Source: Rubrivivax sp.
Lineage (GTDB): Bacteria; Pseudomonadota; Gammaproteobacteria; Burkholderiales; Burkholderiaceae_C
Direction of reading: 5' to 3'
Assembly: GCA_016789865.1 (NCBI GenBank)
Contig: JAEUPC010000061.1
Coordinates: forward strand, 6,604 to 70,603
DNA: 64,000 nt
The position numbers and the translations under genes were made by a program. The notes below the pieces were generated by a model that was not told the origin of the DNA, made no database searches, and worked only from the letters and a program-made list of their open reading frames with translations. Of the stretch, positions 20,371 through 30,903 are shown in pieces (position 1 is the stretch's first letter; the number at the start of each line of letters is the position of its first letter).

Positions 20371-20988
20371 TCAAGCCGCGCCCAGGCGCGCCGCGGCGGC
20401 GTCGATGCCGGCCTTCAGGTCAGCGTAGTTCGAGTGCACCGGAAACTGCGGGAACTGCGCCACCACGTTGGCCGGCGGGTGGATCAGGAAGCCGGCGTCG
20501 GCGGCGCCGAGCATCGCGGTGTCGTTGTACGAGTCGCCCGCAGCGATGACGCGGTAGTTCAGGCCCTGCAGCGCCTGCACCGCCTGCCGCTTCTGGTCGG
20601 GCTGGCGCAGGTGATAGGCGGCCACGTAGCCCTCGGCATCCGTTTCCAGCCGGTGGCAGAACAACGTGGGCCGGCCGAGCTGGCGCATCAGCGGGTCGGC
20701 GAACTCGTAGAACGTGTCCGACAGGATGATCACCTGGTAGCGGCTGCGCAGCTCGTCCAGGAACTCGCGCGCGCCGGGCAACGGCGCCATGCCGGCGATG
20801 ACGCCCTGGATGTCGGCCAGCTTCAGGCGATGCTGGCGCAGCAGCGCCAGGCGCCAGCGCATCAGCCGGTCGTAATCGGGCTCGTCGCGGGTGGTGCGGC
20901 GAAACTCGGCGATGCCGGTGCGTTCGGCAAACGCGATCCAGATCTCGGGCACGAGCACGCCTTCGAGATCGAGGCAGACAACTTGCAT
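20371..20988 (-). CDS. thrH: Phosphoserine phosphatase/homoserine phosphotransferase ThrH
   Basis: CLDLEGVLVPEIW, TTRDEPDYD, ILSDTFYEF, AAGDSYND. Confidence 0.95.
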   Translation of the reverse strand: MQVVCLDLEGVLVPEIWIAFAERTGIAEFRRTTRDEPDYDRLMRWRLALLRQHRLKLADIQGVIAGMAPLPGAREFLDELRSRYQVIILSDTFYEFADPLMRQLGRPTLFCHRLETDAEGYVAAYHLRQPDQKRQAVQALQGLNYRVIAAGDSYNDTAMLGAADAGFLIHPPANVVAQFPQFPVHSNYADLKAGIDAAAARLGAA

Positions 20989-21210
20989 GGGGGCTCCGGA
21001 CAGGGCGCGCGATTCTCGCGCAGCCAAGGGGCCCGGCCGGCCGGGCAGCCTGCGCCCGATGTTGTAATGATCGGCATGCCGACGACATGCCAGGGGCCCC
21101 TGGCGCTACCCGTCGGCAGCCCGGTGGCCGCAGGTCGCGGGACGAACCCGCCGCCGCCCGCAGCCAACGGCGGCATGCCGCGCCGCCGCCCGCGCCGCAA
21201 GGAGAACACC

Positions 21211-22251
21211 ATGTCGCATGAGCTCGGCCGCCTTGAAGACCTGCCCGCCGACTACGTGGCGGCGCTGCGCGCGCTGAACCTCGTGCCGCTGTGGCCGAGC
21301 CTGCGCGCCGTGCTGCCGCCGGACAAGCCGGTGCCGGCCACGCGCGCCACGCATTGGGCCTATGAGGCGCTGCGCCCGCTGCTGCTGAAGGCCGGTGAGC
21401 TGACGCCCATCGAAAAGGCCGAGCGCCGCGTGCTGGTGCTGGCCAACCCCGGCCACGGGCTGGAGAAGATGCAGGCCAGCGCCGCCATCTACCTGGGCAT
21501 GCAACTGCTGCTGCCGGGTGAATGGGCGCCCAGCCACCGCCACACGCCCAACGCGGTGCGCATGATCGTCGAGGGCGAGGGTGCCTACACCACCGTCGAC
21601 GGCGAGAAGCTGCCGATGAGCCGAGGCGATCTCATCCTCACGCCCACCGGCCTGTGGCACGAGCACGGGCACGACGGCCGCCAGCCGGTGGTGTGGCTCG
21701 ACGTGCTCGACCTGCCGCTGGTCCACTACCTGGAGGCGAGTTACCACCTGCCCGGTGTGCGCCAGCCGGTGCACCCGGGTGCGGCCGAGCGGCGCTACGC
21801 GCGCGGCGGCCTGCTGCCCACGCCGTACTTCCAGCGCGCCGCCAAGGCCTACCCGATGCTGCGCTACCCCTGGGCCGAGGCGCGCGCTGCGCTGCTGGCG
21901 CTGGCCGGCGAGCTGGGGGCCGACGAGCCGGTGCAGATCACCTACGCCAACCCCGAGACCGGCGCGCACGCGCAGAACATCCTCGGCTTCTACGCGCTGA
22001 TGCTGCGCCCCGGGCAGACGCTCACGCTGCCGGCGCGCAGCCCGGCGTGCGTGTTCCACCTCATCGAAGGCGGCGTCACGGTGCAGGCAGGCCCCGACAC
22101 CTTCACGCTGGCCGAGGCCGACACCTGCTGCGCACCGGGGTACACGCCGGTGACGCTGGGCAACCGCGCGGGGCACGGGCCGGCGTTCGTCTTCCTGGCC
22201 GACGAGACGCCGCTGCACTGCAAGCTGGGCGTGTACGAAGAGCGGCGCTGA
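21211..22251 (+). CDS. Gentisate 1,2-dioxygenase-like bicupin
   Basis: KAERRVLVLANPG, APSHRHTPNAVR, WHEHGH, WLDVLDLP; AAGGAG RBS. Confidence 0.85.
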   Translation: MSHELGRLEDLPADYVAALRALNLVPLWPSLRAVLPPDKPVPATRATHWAYEALRPLLLKAGELTPIEKAERRVLVLANPGHGLEKMQASAAIYLGMQLLLPGEWAPSHRHTPNAVRMIVEGEGAYTTVDGEKLPMSRGDLILTPTGLWHEHGHDGRQPVVWLDVLDLPLVHYLEASYHLPGVRQPVHPGAAERRYARGGLLPTPYFQRAAKAYPMLRYPWAEARAALLALAGELGADEPVQITYANPETGAHAQNILGFYALMLRPGQTLTLPARSPACVFHLIEGGVTVQAGPDTFTLAEADTCCAPGYTPVTLGNRAGHGPAFVFLADETPLHCKLGVYEERR

Positions 22252-22311
22252 GCGCAGGGGGCGGCACACGCTGCGGCGATACTGCGCCCACCCGCAGGAG
22301 AGCGCGACCCC

Positions 22312-23226
22312 ATGGCTTCCGACCCCGCCTACCAGACGCTGCGCGTCGAGCTCGCCGAGCACGTGCTGACGGTGACGCTCGACCGCCCCGAGCAGCTCAA
22401 CACCTTCAACCTGGCGATGATGAACGACCTCATCGCCGTGTTCGACCGCGCCGATGCCGACGACGAGGTGCGCGCCGTCGTCGTCACCGGGGCCGGCCGC
22501 GCCTTCTGCGCCGGAGCCGACTTGTCGCAAGGCGGCAAGACCTTCGACTACGAGGCCCGCGCCGACCGCCCCGGCGTGGCCGCGGTGGTGGGCGCCGACG
22601 GCCGCGTCGACTGGGCCAGCGAGGCGGTGCGCGATGGCGGCGGGCGGGTCACGCTGCGCATCTTCGATTGCCTGAAGCCGGTGATCGCCGCCGTCAACGG
22701 CCCGGCGGTGGGCATCGGCGCGACCCTGTTGTTGCCGATGGACATGCTGCTGGCCAGCGAGCAGGCGCGCTTCGGTTTCGTGTTCACCCGCCGCGGCATC
22801 GTGCCCGAGGCCTGCTCGAGCTGGTTCCTGCCGCGCCGCGTGGGCATCGGCCGGGCGCTGGAGTGGACGATGACCGGCCGCGTGTTCCCGGCCTCCGAGG
22901 CGCTGGAGGCCGGCCTCGTGCGGCAGGTGGTGCCCGCCGAAGCGTTGCTGCCGGCCGCGCAGGCGCTGGCGCGCGAGATTGCCGCCCACACCGCGCCGGT
23001 GTCGGTGGCGCTGACGCGGCAGATGATGTGGCGCATGCTGGGCGCCGAGCACCCGATGCACGCCCACCGCGTGGACAGCCGCGCCATCTTTGCGCGCGGC
23101 CGCTCGGCCGACGTGCGCGAGGGCGTGGCATCGTTCCTCGAGAAGCGCCCGGCGCACTTCACCGACCGTGTCACCAGCGCGATGCCCGTTTGGTTTCCGT
23201 GGTGGCACGATCCGCGCTACGAGTGA
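22312..23226 (+). CDS. Enoyl-CoA hydratase/isomerase family protein
   Basis: AFCAGADL, KPVIAAVNGPAVGIG, RGIVPE. Confidence 0.92.
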   Translation: MASDPAYQTLRVELAEHVLTVTLDRPEQLNTFNLAMMNDLIAVFDRADADDEVRAVVVTGAGRAFCAGADLSQGGKTFDYEARADRPGVAAVVGADGRVDWASEAVRDGGGRVTLRIFDCLKPVIAAVNGPAVGIGATLLLPMDMLLASEQARFGFVFTRRGIVPEACSSWFLPRRVGIGRALEWTMTGRVFPASEALEAGLVRQVVPAEALLPAAQALAREIAAHTAPVSVALTRQMMWRMLGAEHPMHAHRVDSRAIFARGRSADVREGVASFLEKRPAHFTDRVTSAMPVWFPWWHDPRYE

Positions 23227-23330
23227 AGGTCCGGGGGTGCGCCGCGCGCTCCCCGCCGTTTACCCTCTTGCGCTCTCAGCCTCTTGCCCTCTCGCCCCTT
23301 CCTGCGCAGCCCGCGCGTGCCCGGATGCAG

Positions 23331-24017
23331 ATGAACCCGCCGCCCGCGGCCGCCCTGGCCGCCACGCCCCTCGTCGACAGCGACCACGCGGCGGTGCGCG
23401 CCTTCGCCGCCGCGCACGCCGAGGGCGGCACCGAACTCCAACGTGCGGTGGCGCTGTACCTGGCCGTGCGCGACGGCTTTCGCTACGACCCGTATCGCGT
23501 GGACCTCTCGCCCGCCGGCATGCGTGCCAGCACCGTGCTCGAATGCGGCTACGGGTGGTGCGTGCCCAAGGCGGCGCTGCTGGCCGCGGCCTGCCGCGCC
23601 AGCGGCATCCCGGCGCGGCTGGGCTATGCCGACGTGCGCAACCACCTGAGCACCGAGCGCATGCGCCAGGTGCTCAAGACCGACCTGTACATCTGGCACG
23701 GCTACACCGACCTCTTCCTCGCGGGGCGCTGGGTGAAGGCGACGCCGGCGTTCAACATCCAGCTGTGCGAGCGCTTCGGGCTGCTGCCGCTGGAGTTCGA
23801 CGGCCTGCACGATTCGATCTACCACCCCTACGACCGCGCCGGCAACCGGCACATGGAATACGTGCACCAGCGCGGCACCTTCGACGACATGCCGCTGGAC
23901 GCGATCACCGCCGACTTCGCCCGGCTCTACCCGGGCTGGGGCGCGGCCGAAGGCGGCGCCGGCGCCTTCGCCCGGGCCGATTTCGATGCCGACGTGGCGC
24001 GGGAGGCGAAGGCGTGA
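23331..24017 (+). CDS. Transglutaminase-like superfamily protein
   Basis: VRDGFRYDPY, GWCVPKA..AACRA, WHGY, WVKATPAF. Confidence 0.88.
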   Translation: MNPPPAAALAATPLVDSDHAAVRAFAAAHAEGGTELQRAVALYLAVRDGFRYDPYRVDLSPAGMRASTVLECGYGWCVPKAALLAAACRASGIPARLGYADVRNHLSTERMRQVLKTDLYIWHGYTDLFLAGRWVKATPAFNIQLCERFGLLPLEFDGLHDSIYHPYDRAGNRHMEYVHQRGTFDDMPLDAITADFARLYPGWGAAEGGAGAFARADFDADVAREAKA

Positions 24018-24075
24018 CAGCCTGGATCCGCTCCGAGGCATGTACACGGAAGCGCGCCGGCGCGGAGGTTGCCCG

Positions 24076-24570
24076 GTGAGCGCCGATGTCGGCGCCGAAG
24101 GCGCGGCCGCATCGCCAGGCGACGCGTTCGCCCACGCCGGTGTGCCCCCGGGCTACCGGCCCTTCCGCGCCAGCACAGGCTTCATCGCCGTGAATGGGCC
24201 GCTGTGGGTGCGCCACGAGGGCGTTGAGTTCAAGCTGGGGTTTCGCGTCGAGCCGCGCCACTGCAATCCGATGGGCATCTGCCACGGCGGCATGCTCGCC
24301 ACCTTTGCCGACATGCTGATGCCGATCGGCGCCATTGCGCTGGTGCCCGAACTGAAGCGCCGCTTCCTGCCCACGGTCAGCCTGCAGATCGACTACATCG
24401 GCCCGGCGCGCCTGGGCGACTGGGTCGAAGGCCAGATGCAGGTGCTGCGCACGACGCGCACGATGGTGTTCATGCAGGGCTTGGTGCGCAGCGCCGACGC
24501 AGTGGCCATGCGCTGCAGCGGCGTGTTCAAGATCGGGCCGGAGTTCGACCGCGAGGCGGTGCGCGGCTGA
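24076..24570 (+). CDS. PaaI-family hotdog thioesterase
   Basis: HCNPMGICHGGMLATFAD; GGAGG RBS before the GTG. Confidence 0.88.
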   Translation: MSADVGAEGAAASPGDAFAHAGVPPGYRPFRASTGFIAVNGPLWVRHEGVEFKLGFRVEPRHCNPMGICHGGMLATFADMLMPIGAIALVPELKRRFLPTVSLQIDYIGPARLGDWVEGQMQVLRTTRTMVFMQGLVRSADAVAMRCSGVFKIGPEFDREAVRG

Positions 24571-24644
24571 AGCCCGCCCGGGCGGCGCGGCCGGCGCAGG
24601 ACACCCCCCGTGCCGCGCCGCGCGTTGGGGGCACCTCGCGCGTC

Positions 24645-25799
24645 TCAGTCGCTGCTGCCCAGCACCACCGCCTGCTTGCGCGTCTGACCGGCGCGCCACA
24701 GCGTCAGCGTCACGGTGTCGCCGGGCTGGCGGCGCTCCAGCAGCGTGAACATGTCGTCCAGGTCGTTGACGTTCTCGCCGTCGATCTGCGTGATGACGTC
24801 GCCGGCGACGATCTCGCCGCGCTGCGCGCCGCGGCGGAAGGGCTGCAGCCCGGCTCGCATCGCCGGGCTGTTGTTGCCCACCTGCACGATGGCCACGCCA
24901 CGCGGCAGCTTCAGCGCCCGGTGCAGGTCGGCCGGCCCGGCGCCGATGCCCAGCGTCGGCCGCACGAAGCGCCCGTCGCGGATCAGCCGCGGCACGATGC
25001 GGTTCACCTCGTCCACCGGAATCGAGAAGCCGATGCCGGCGCTGGCGCCGCTGGGGCTGGCGATCTGCGTGTTGACGCCGATCAGCCGCCCGGCCGAGTC
25101 GAGCAGCGGCCCGCCGCTGTTGCCGGGGTTGATGGCCGCGTCGGTCTGGATGACGCCGCGGATGGTGCGCTGGTTGAAGCTCTCGATCTCGCGGTTGAGC
25201 GCACTGACGATGCCGGTGGTCAGCGTCTGGTCCAGGCCGAAAGGGTTCCCGATGGCCAGCACGCGCTGCCCCACCTGCAGGTCGCGGCTGGTGCCGATGG
25301 CGATCGGCGGCAGCTTGTCCTTGGGCGCATTGATGCGCAGCACGGCCAGGTCGCGGTCCGGGAAGGCGCCCACCAGTTCGGCCTCGTGCGTGCTCTGGTC
25401 GGCCAGTGTCACGCGCGCGGCGCTGGCCTCCTGGATGACGTGGAAGTTGGTGACGATGTGGCCGCGCTCGTCCCACACGAAGCCGGTGCCGGTGCCGCGC
25501 GGCACGCGCTGCACATTCATGCTGAAGAAGTCGCGCTGGGTGCCCAGCGAGGTGATGTGCACCACCGACGGCGAGGCCCTGCGGAACAGCTCGATCAGCG
25601 CGCGTTCTTCGGGCTCCAGCGGCCCGCGCGGCGTGATGACGCGCGGCGCGGCGTCGGTGCGGCCGTTCACCAGCCGCGGCGCGGTGAAGAATGCGGTAAA
25701 GGCCAGCAGGCCGCCCAGGGCGGCCCAGATCCACCCGGGCCATCCGGCCCATCCGGTCCATCCGGTCCACCCGGCGGGTCGTGCGCGCTGCACCTTCAC
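24645..25799 (-). CDS. HtrA/DegP-like serine protease (trypsin plus PDZ)
   Basis: TNFHV, DLAVL, TDAAINPGNSGGPL; GTGA overlap with the upstream Cys-rich ORF. Confidence 0.92.
   Translation of the reverse strand: MKVQRARPAGWTGWTGWAGWPGWIWAALGGLLAFTAFFTAPRLVNGRTDAAPRVITPRGPLEPEERALIELFRRASPSVVHITSLGTQRDFFSMNVQRVPRGTGTGFVWDERGHIVTNFHVIQEASAARVTLADQSTHEAELVGAFPDRDLAVLRINAPKDKLPPIAIGTSRDLQVGQRVLAIGNPFGLDQTLTTGIVSALNREIESFNQRTIRGVIQTDAAINPGNSGGPLLDSAGRLIGVNTQIASPSGASAGIGFSIPVDEVNRIVPRLIRDGRFVRPTLGIGAGPADLHRALKLPRGVAIVQVGNNSPAMRAGLQPFRRGAQRGEIVAGDVITQIDGENVNDLDDMFTLLERRQPGDTVTLTLWRAGQTRKQAVVLGSSD
25731..25775. repeat. 9-bp coding repeat (xGW)5 in the protease N-terminus
   Basis: cca(t/c)ccgg(c/t/g) x5. 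Confidence 0.8.
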
Positions 25800-26065
25800 C
25801 GTGTGACCCCCGATTCGGCCGGTTCGGTGCGTGATGCCGGCGGGTCGCCCGGCAGGTGGTACCAGGCGCGGTGCGGCGACACCTTCTCGCAGGTCGGGCA
25901 CTGCGTGGTCTTCCACGGCCGCGTACACCCCGGGCAGACGCCGCCGGTCCAGAACGTGTGCCACACCGTGCCGCACTCGGCCACACAGGTCCAGCGGTCT
26001 TCGATGCGCGGCTTGTAGCCGCAGGCCGGGCAGTGGATCTCGGGCTGGCGAAGCATGCCCGTCAT
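25796..26065 (-). CDS. Small Cys/Trp-rich putative zinc-binding protein
   Basis: CPAC, CVAEC, CPGC, CPTC..H..WYH. Confidence 0.75.
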   Translation of the reverse strand: MTGMLRQPEIHCPACGYKPRIEDRWTCVAECGTVWHTFWTGGVCPGCTRPWKTTQCPTCEKVSPHRAWYHLPGDPPASRTEPAESGVTR

Positions 26066-26164
26066 TCTGCCGCCGGTGCCGCGTTGCCGCGATGCCGGCC
26101 AGCGCGGCGCGTGCTGCAGCGGGGCGCGGCGGCCGCCTCGCGGGCGCCCGGCCGGGACAAGCTC

Positions 26165-26539
26165 TCAGCGCATCGGCGGCCCGGCGTCTTGGAGCGCGCT
26201 GCCGTGGATCATGCGCGCGACGCCGGCGGCGGCCGCGGCGGCTTCGCAGGCCCGGCAGGGCCGGGAGGTCGAGTACAACACGGCGCCGGCCAGCGAGGGC
26301 CGGCCCAGCCGCTGCTGCGCATCGCGCAGGGCCACGCGCTCGGCATGAGCGTCGGGATTGCGGTCGACCACCACGCGGCTGGGGCCGACGCCGACGATCA
26401 CCCCGTCGGCCACGAGCACGGCGCCATAGGACTGGTCGCCCCACGACACGGCCAGGCGTCGCAAGGCCTCGGCGGCGTCGAAGAAGCGCTGCTCGGGGGC
26501 GGGCGAGGCGGCGTCTGCCGGGCGCGGTGAGGTCGACAC
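26165..26539 (-). CDS. Nucleoside/nucleotide deaminase (CDA/TadA fold); start uncertain
   Basis: YGAVLV, AHAE, PCRAC zinc motif. Confidence 0.8.
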   Translation of the reverse strand: MSTSPRPADAASPAPEQRFFDAAEALRRLAVSWGDQSYGAVLVADGVIVGVGPSRVVVDRNPDAHAERVALRDAQQRLGRPSLAGAVLYSTSRPCRACEAAAAAAGVARMIHGSALQDAGPPMR

Positions 26540-26573
26540 GGGGGCGGGTGTGCCTGCGGCGGCCCAGGGCGCC

Positions 26574-26768
26574 TCAGGGGCCCGGGGTGGGTGCCGGTGG
26601 GTTCGCTGGCCCAGCGGCACCGCTCTCGCCGCCGGCCGGGGCGCCGGCCTGATCAGCCGGCGCATCGCTGCCGGTACGGGTCTGCTTGCGCTGCGCCTTC
26701 TCCTCCTTCTTGCGCTTTTTCTCGAGTTCGCGCTGGCGCTTCTCGAACGCGTAGTTGGGCTTGGGCAC
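26574..26768 (-). CDS. Small basic coiled-coil hypothetical protein
   Basis: (M)PKPNYAFEKRQRELEKKRKKEEK; GAGGA RBS and GTG start. Confidence 0.7.
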   Translation of the reverse strand: MPKPNYAFEKRQRELEKKRKKEEKAQRKQTRTGSDAPADQAGAPAGGESGAAGPANPPAPTPGP

Positions 26769-26813
26769 GGCAGGTTCCTCGGATGAAGCGGCAGGAGCCG
26801 GCAGCATACGCGA

Positions 26814-26894
26814 GTGCGGGGCGGGTGCGGGGCGGGTGCGGGGCGGGTGCGGGGCGGGTGCGGGGCGCGTTCGGCGCCGGTGCGGGGCGGGTGC
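26814..26894. repeat. 11-bp G-rich tandem repeat (GTGCGGGGCGG x about 7)
   Basis: Five exact and two degenerate units in a divergent intergenic region. Confidence 0.9.
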
Positions 26895-27010
26895 CCGCCC
26901 GGTACGTGGGCCCGATGCGCCGCGGGCAGCAGCGCCCCGCGTTCCTGGCCGTTCGCGCGAACCGCGGGGCCTGGGGCGCGCCCGAGCCTGCCGCCACAAT
27001 CGGCCCCACG

Positions 27011-28297
27011 ATGCCGCTGCCCAGCCGCCTGGCCGCGTTGGACCCGAGAAGCCGCCCGTGGGTCTGGGCCGCGCTGGCTGTGCTGGCCGTGGCCGCCGTG
27101 CTGGCGTGGAGCCGCACGCGCGCCGTGCCCGTGCAGGTGGTCACCGCCGCTGCGGCACCGTTGACTCAGAGCCTGGCCGTCAGTGGCCGTGTGGCCAGCG
27201 AAAGCCGCGTGTTCGTCGGCGCCACCATCACCGGCCGCGTGGCCGAGGTCACGCGCCGCGAGGGGCAGATGCTCGCCGCCGGCGAGCTGCTGGTGCGGCT
27301 GGAAGATGCCGAACTCGCGGCCACCGCGCGGCAGGCCGCCGCCGCGCTGGCCGCCGCCGAGGCCCGCCTGGCCGGCCAGCGCCGGCTGGCCGCCCCGGTG
27401 GCCACGCAGCAGGTGGAGCAGGCGCGCGCCAACGCCGCCGCGGCCGAGCGCGAGGCGCAGCGCAGCGAGCAGTTGCTGGCCCAGGGCTTCATCGGCCAGG
27501 CGCGGCTGGACGAGGCCCGCCGCGCCGCCGAAGTCGCACAGGCGGCGCTTCGCTCCGCCTTGTTGCAACAGGAGGCCAACGTCAGCGGCACCGAGCTGCT
27601 GCAGGCCGAAGCCCGCGTGGCCGAGGCGCGCGCGGCGCTGGAGCTGGCGCGCGCGCGGCTGGCGCAGACGCGCATCGGCGCGCCGGCCGAGGCCACCGTG
27701 CTCTCGCGGCTGGTGGAGCCGGGGCAGATCGTGCAGCCAGGCACCCGGCTGGCCGAGCTGAGCGTGCGCGGGCCGGTGCAGCTGGTTGCGCTGGTCGACG
27801 AGAAGTACCTCGGCCGCCTCAACCCCGGGCTGGCCGCCCGGGTGGTGGCCGATGCCTTTGCGCAGCAGCCGTTCGAGGCCCGCGTGGCCAGCATCGCACC
27901 GCTCATCGACGCGCAGCGCGGCTCGGTGGAGGTGAAGTTCTCGCTGCCGGTCTTGCCAGCGCCGCCGGTGGTGCTGAAGAACGACATGACGGTGTCGATC
28001 GAGGTCGTCACCGGCCGCCGCGAGCGGGCCATCGCGCTGCCGGGTGAAGCCGTGCGCGCCGGCCCCGCGGTGCTGGTGGTGGCCGATGGCCGCACCGTGC
28101 TGCGGCCCGTGCGCACGGGCTTGCGCACGCTGAGCGCCGTGGAGGTGACCGAAGGGCTGGTGGCGGGCGAGCAGGTGGTGCTGGATGCCGCGGTGCTGCC
28201 CGGTGCGCGCGTGCGCGCCGTCCTGCGCGCCGCAGCCGGTGCGCAGGGCGAGGGCATCGACGTCGGTGCGGCGATGCGCGGCCTGGGTCGAGATTGA
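27011..28297 (+). CDS. Efflux periplasmic adaptor (MacA/HlyD-like)
   Basis: N-terminal TM helix, lipoyl halves, coiled hairpin, GLVAGEQVV. Confidence 0.9.
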   Translation: MPLPSRLAALDPRSRPWVWAALAVLAVAAVLAWSRTRAVPVQVVTAAAAPLTQSLAVSGRVASESRVFVGATITGRVAEVTRREGQMLAAGELLVRLEDAELAATARQAAAALAAAEARLAGQRRLAAPVATQQVEQARANAAAAEREAQRSEQLLAQGFIGQARLDEARRAAEVAQAALRSALLQQEANVSGTELLQAEARVAEARAALELARARLAQTRIGAPAEATVLSRLVEPGQIVQPGTRLAELSVRGPVQLVALVDEKYLGRLNPGLAARVVADAFAQQPFEARVASIAPLIDAQRGSVEVKFSLPVLPAPPVVLKNDMTVSIEVVTGRRERAIALPGEAVRAGPAVLVVADGRTVLRPVRTGLRTLSAVEVTEGLVAGEQVVLDAAVLPGARVRAVLRAAAGAQGEGIDVGAAMRGLGRD

Positions 28298-28312
28298 GCG
28301 GCAAGGCGAGCG

Positions 28313-29571
28313 ATGGGTTTCCCCTTCACCGTGGCCTGGCGCTTCCTGCGCGAGGGGCGCTTCCAGACGCTGCTGATCATCGTCGGCGTGGCCGCCGGCG
28401 TGGCGGTGGTGACCTACATCTCGGCGCTGATCCAGGGGCTGCAGGGCAACACCATCGAGCGCACGCTGGGCACGCAGCCGCACCTGACCGTCAAGCCGCG
28501 CGAGGAGCGCACCGCGCCGGTGCCCACCGGTGCGGCCGGGGCCACTGCGCGCGACACCCAGCCGCGCGCGCAGCGCCTGCGCTCGCTGGACGACTGGCGC
28601 GCCATCGAGGCCGAGATGGCGCGCCTGTCCGGTGTGCTGGCCGTCACCAGCATCGTCAGCGGTGCGGCGCTGGCGCAGCGCGGCGAGGCCAGCCGCGCCA
28701 TCTCGCTGCTGGGCATCGAACTGGAGGGTTATGACCGCATCGTCGCACTGCGCTCGCGGGTGGTCGAGGGCGAGGCGCGTGTGGCGCCGGGCGAGGCGCT
28801 CATCGGCCGCCAACTGGCCGAAGATCTCGGCCTGGGCGTGGGCGACCGGCTGGTGGTGCGTGCGGGCAGCGCCGGGGGCGCCGCCGCCGTGGCCCCCGGC
28901 GGCGCGGTGCCGCTGGGCGTGGCCGGCGACACCTTCAAGATCGCGGGCCTGTTCGACCTGGGCAGCCGCGACCTCAACCGGCGCTTCGTCTACGTCACCC
29001 ACACCAGCGCGCAAAGCCTGCTCGGCATTCCCGGAGGCATGACGCAGACCTACGGTCGCGTGGCCGACCTCTTCGCCGCCGCCGGGCTGGCCACGCTGCT
29101 GCGCGCGCGTACCGGCGTCGAGGTGGAAAGCTGGATGGACAGCAACGCCCAGCTGCTCTCGGCGCTGCAGGCGCAGAGCATCAGCACGGGGCTGATCCGC
29201 GTCTTCACCGCCATCGTGGTGATGCTCGGCATCGCCAGCGTGCTGGTGGTGTCGGTGGTGCAGAAGAGCAAGGAGATCGGCATCCTGCGCGCGATGGGGG
29301 CCACGCGCGCACAGATGACGCAGGTGTTCCTGATTCAGGGGGCCATCGTCGGCTGGGCCGGCTCGCTGGCCGGCGTGGTGCTGGCCGATCGCATGCTGTG
29401 GGCGTTTTCCACCTTCGCCAAGGGCAGCGACGGCAGGCCGCTGTTCGTGGTGGGGCTGCCGCTGGACCTGGCGTTGACGGTGGCCCTGGTGGCCACCGCC
29501 GCCGGCGTGCTGGCCGCCGTGGCGCCGGCGCGACGCGCGGCGCGGCTGGACCCGGCGCAGGCGATCCGGCT

Positions 29572-29575
<4 letters not shown>
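28313..29575 (+). CDS. ABC permease (MacB/FtsX/LolE-like)
   Basis: [25 protein letters not shown]. Confidence 0.92.
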
Positions 29576-30368
<793 letters not shown>

Positions 30369-30378
<10 letters not shown>

Positions 30379-30764
30379 CCGAGCAGCGAGATCACCTTGC
30401 AGCCGATGACGCCGGCGAGCTTGGAGGCCACCACCGAGGCGTCGCCGTCGTCATAGGTGCGGCCTACCGTGATGCGGTCGAGAAAGCCGCAGAACAGCGT
30501 GATCGACCAGCTGCGCTCGCCGCGCCCGCCCGGGAAGGCGGCGATGTCCACCGACTGGATGCTGTCGAAAGCGGCCAGCTGCTGCTCGTCCTGCAGCACC
30601 ACGCGGGCCTGGCGGTCGAAGACGAAGCGGCCGTGCGACGACCCGAGCACGAGCTGGTTGTCGTCGAGCGCCTCGACCTCGACGAAGGGTTCGACCAGCG
30701 GCTCGCCGCGGGCGGCTTCGACCAGCGGGGAGAGCTTCAGCGCGAGGCGGTGCGGGATCTTCAT
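30369..30764 (-). CDS. Hypothetical protein
   Basis: 131 aa ORF with good codon usage; overlaps the convergent ABC gene by 10 bp. Confidence 0.65.
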
Positions 30765-30903
30765 GGCGATCGGGGTCGCGAAGGGTCCATGTCCGGCGTG
30801 GAACCAGCCGCGATGCTAGCGGCCGCGCCGGCGGCGTCAACGCAGCCAGCCCATCGCGGCCGCGCCAAGGGGCCCGCCCGCCCAGGCGCCATGGCCAGCC
30901 CCG

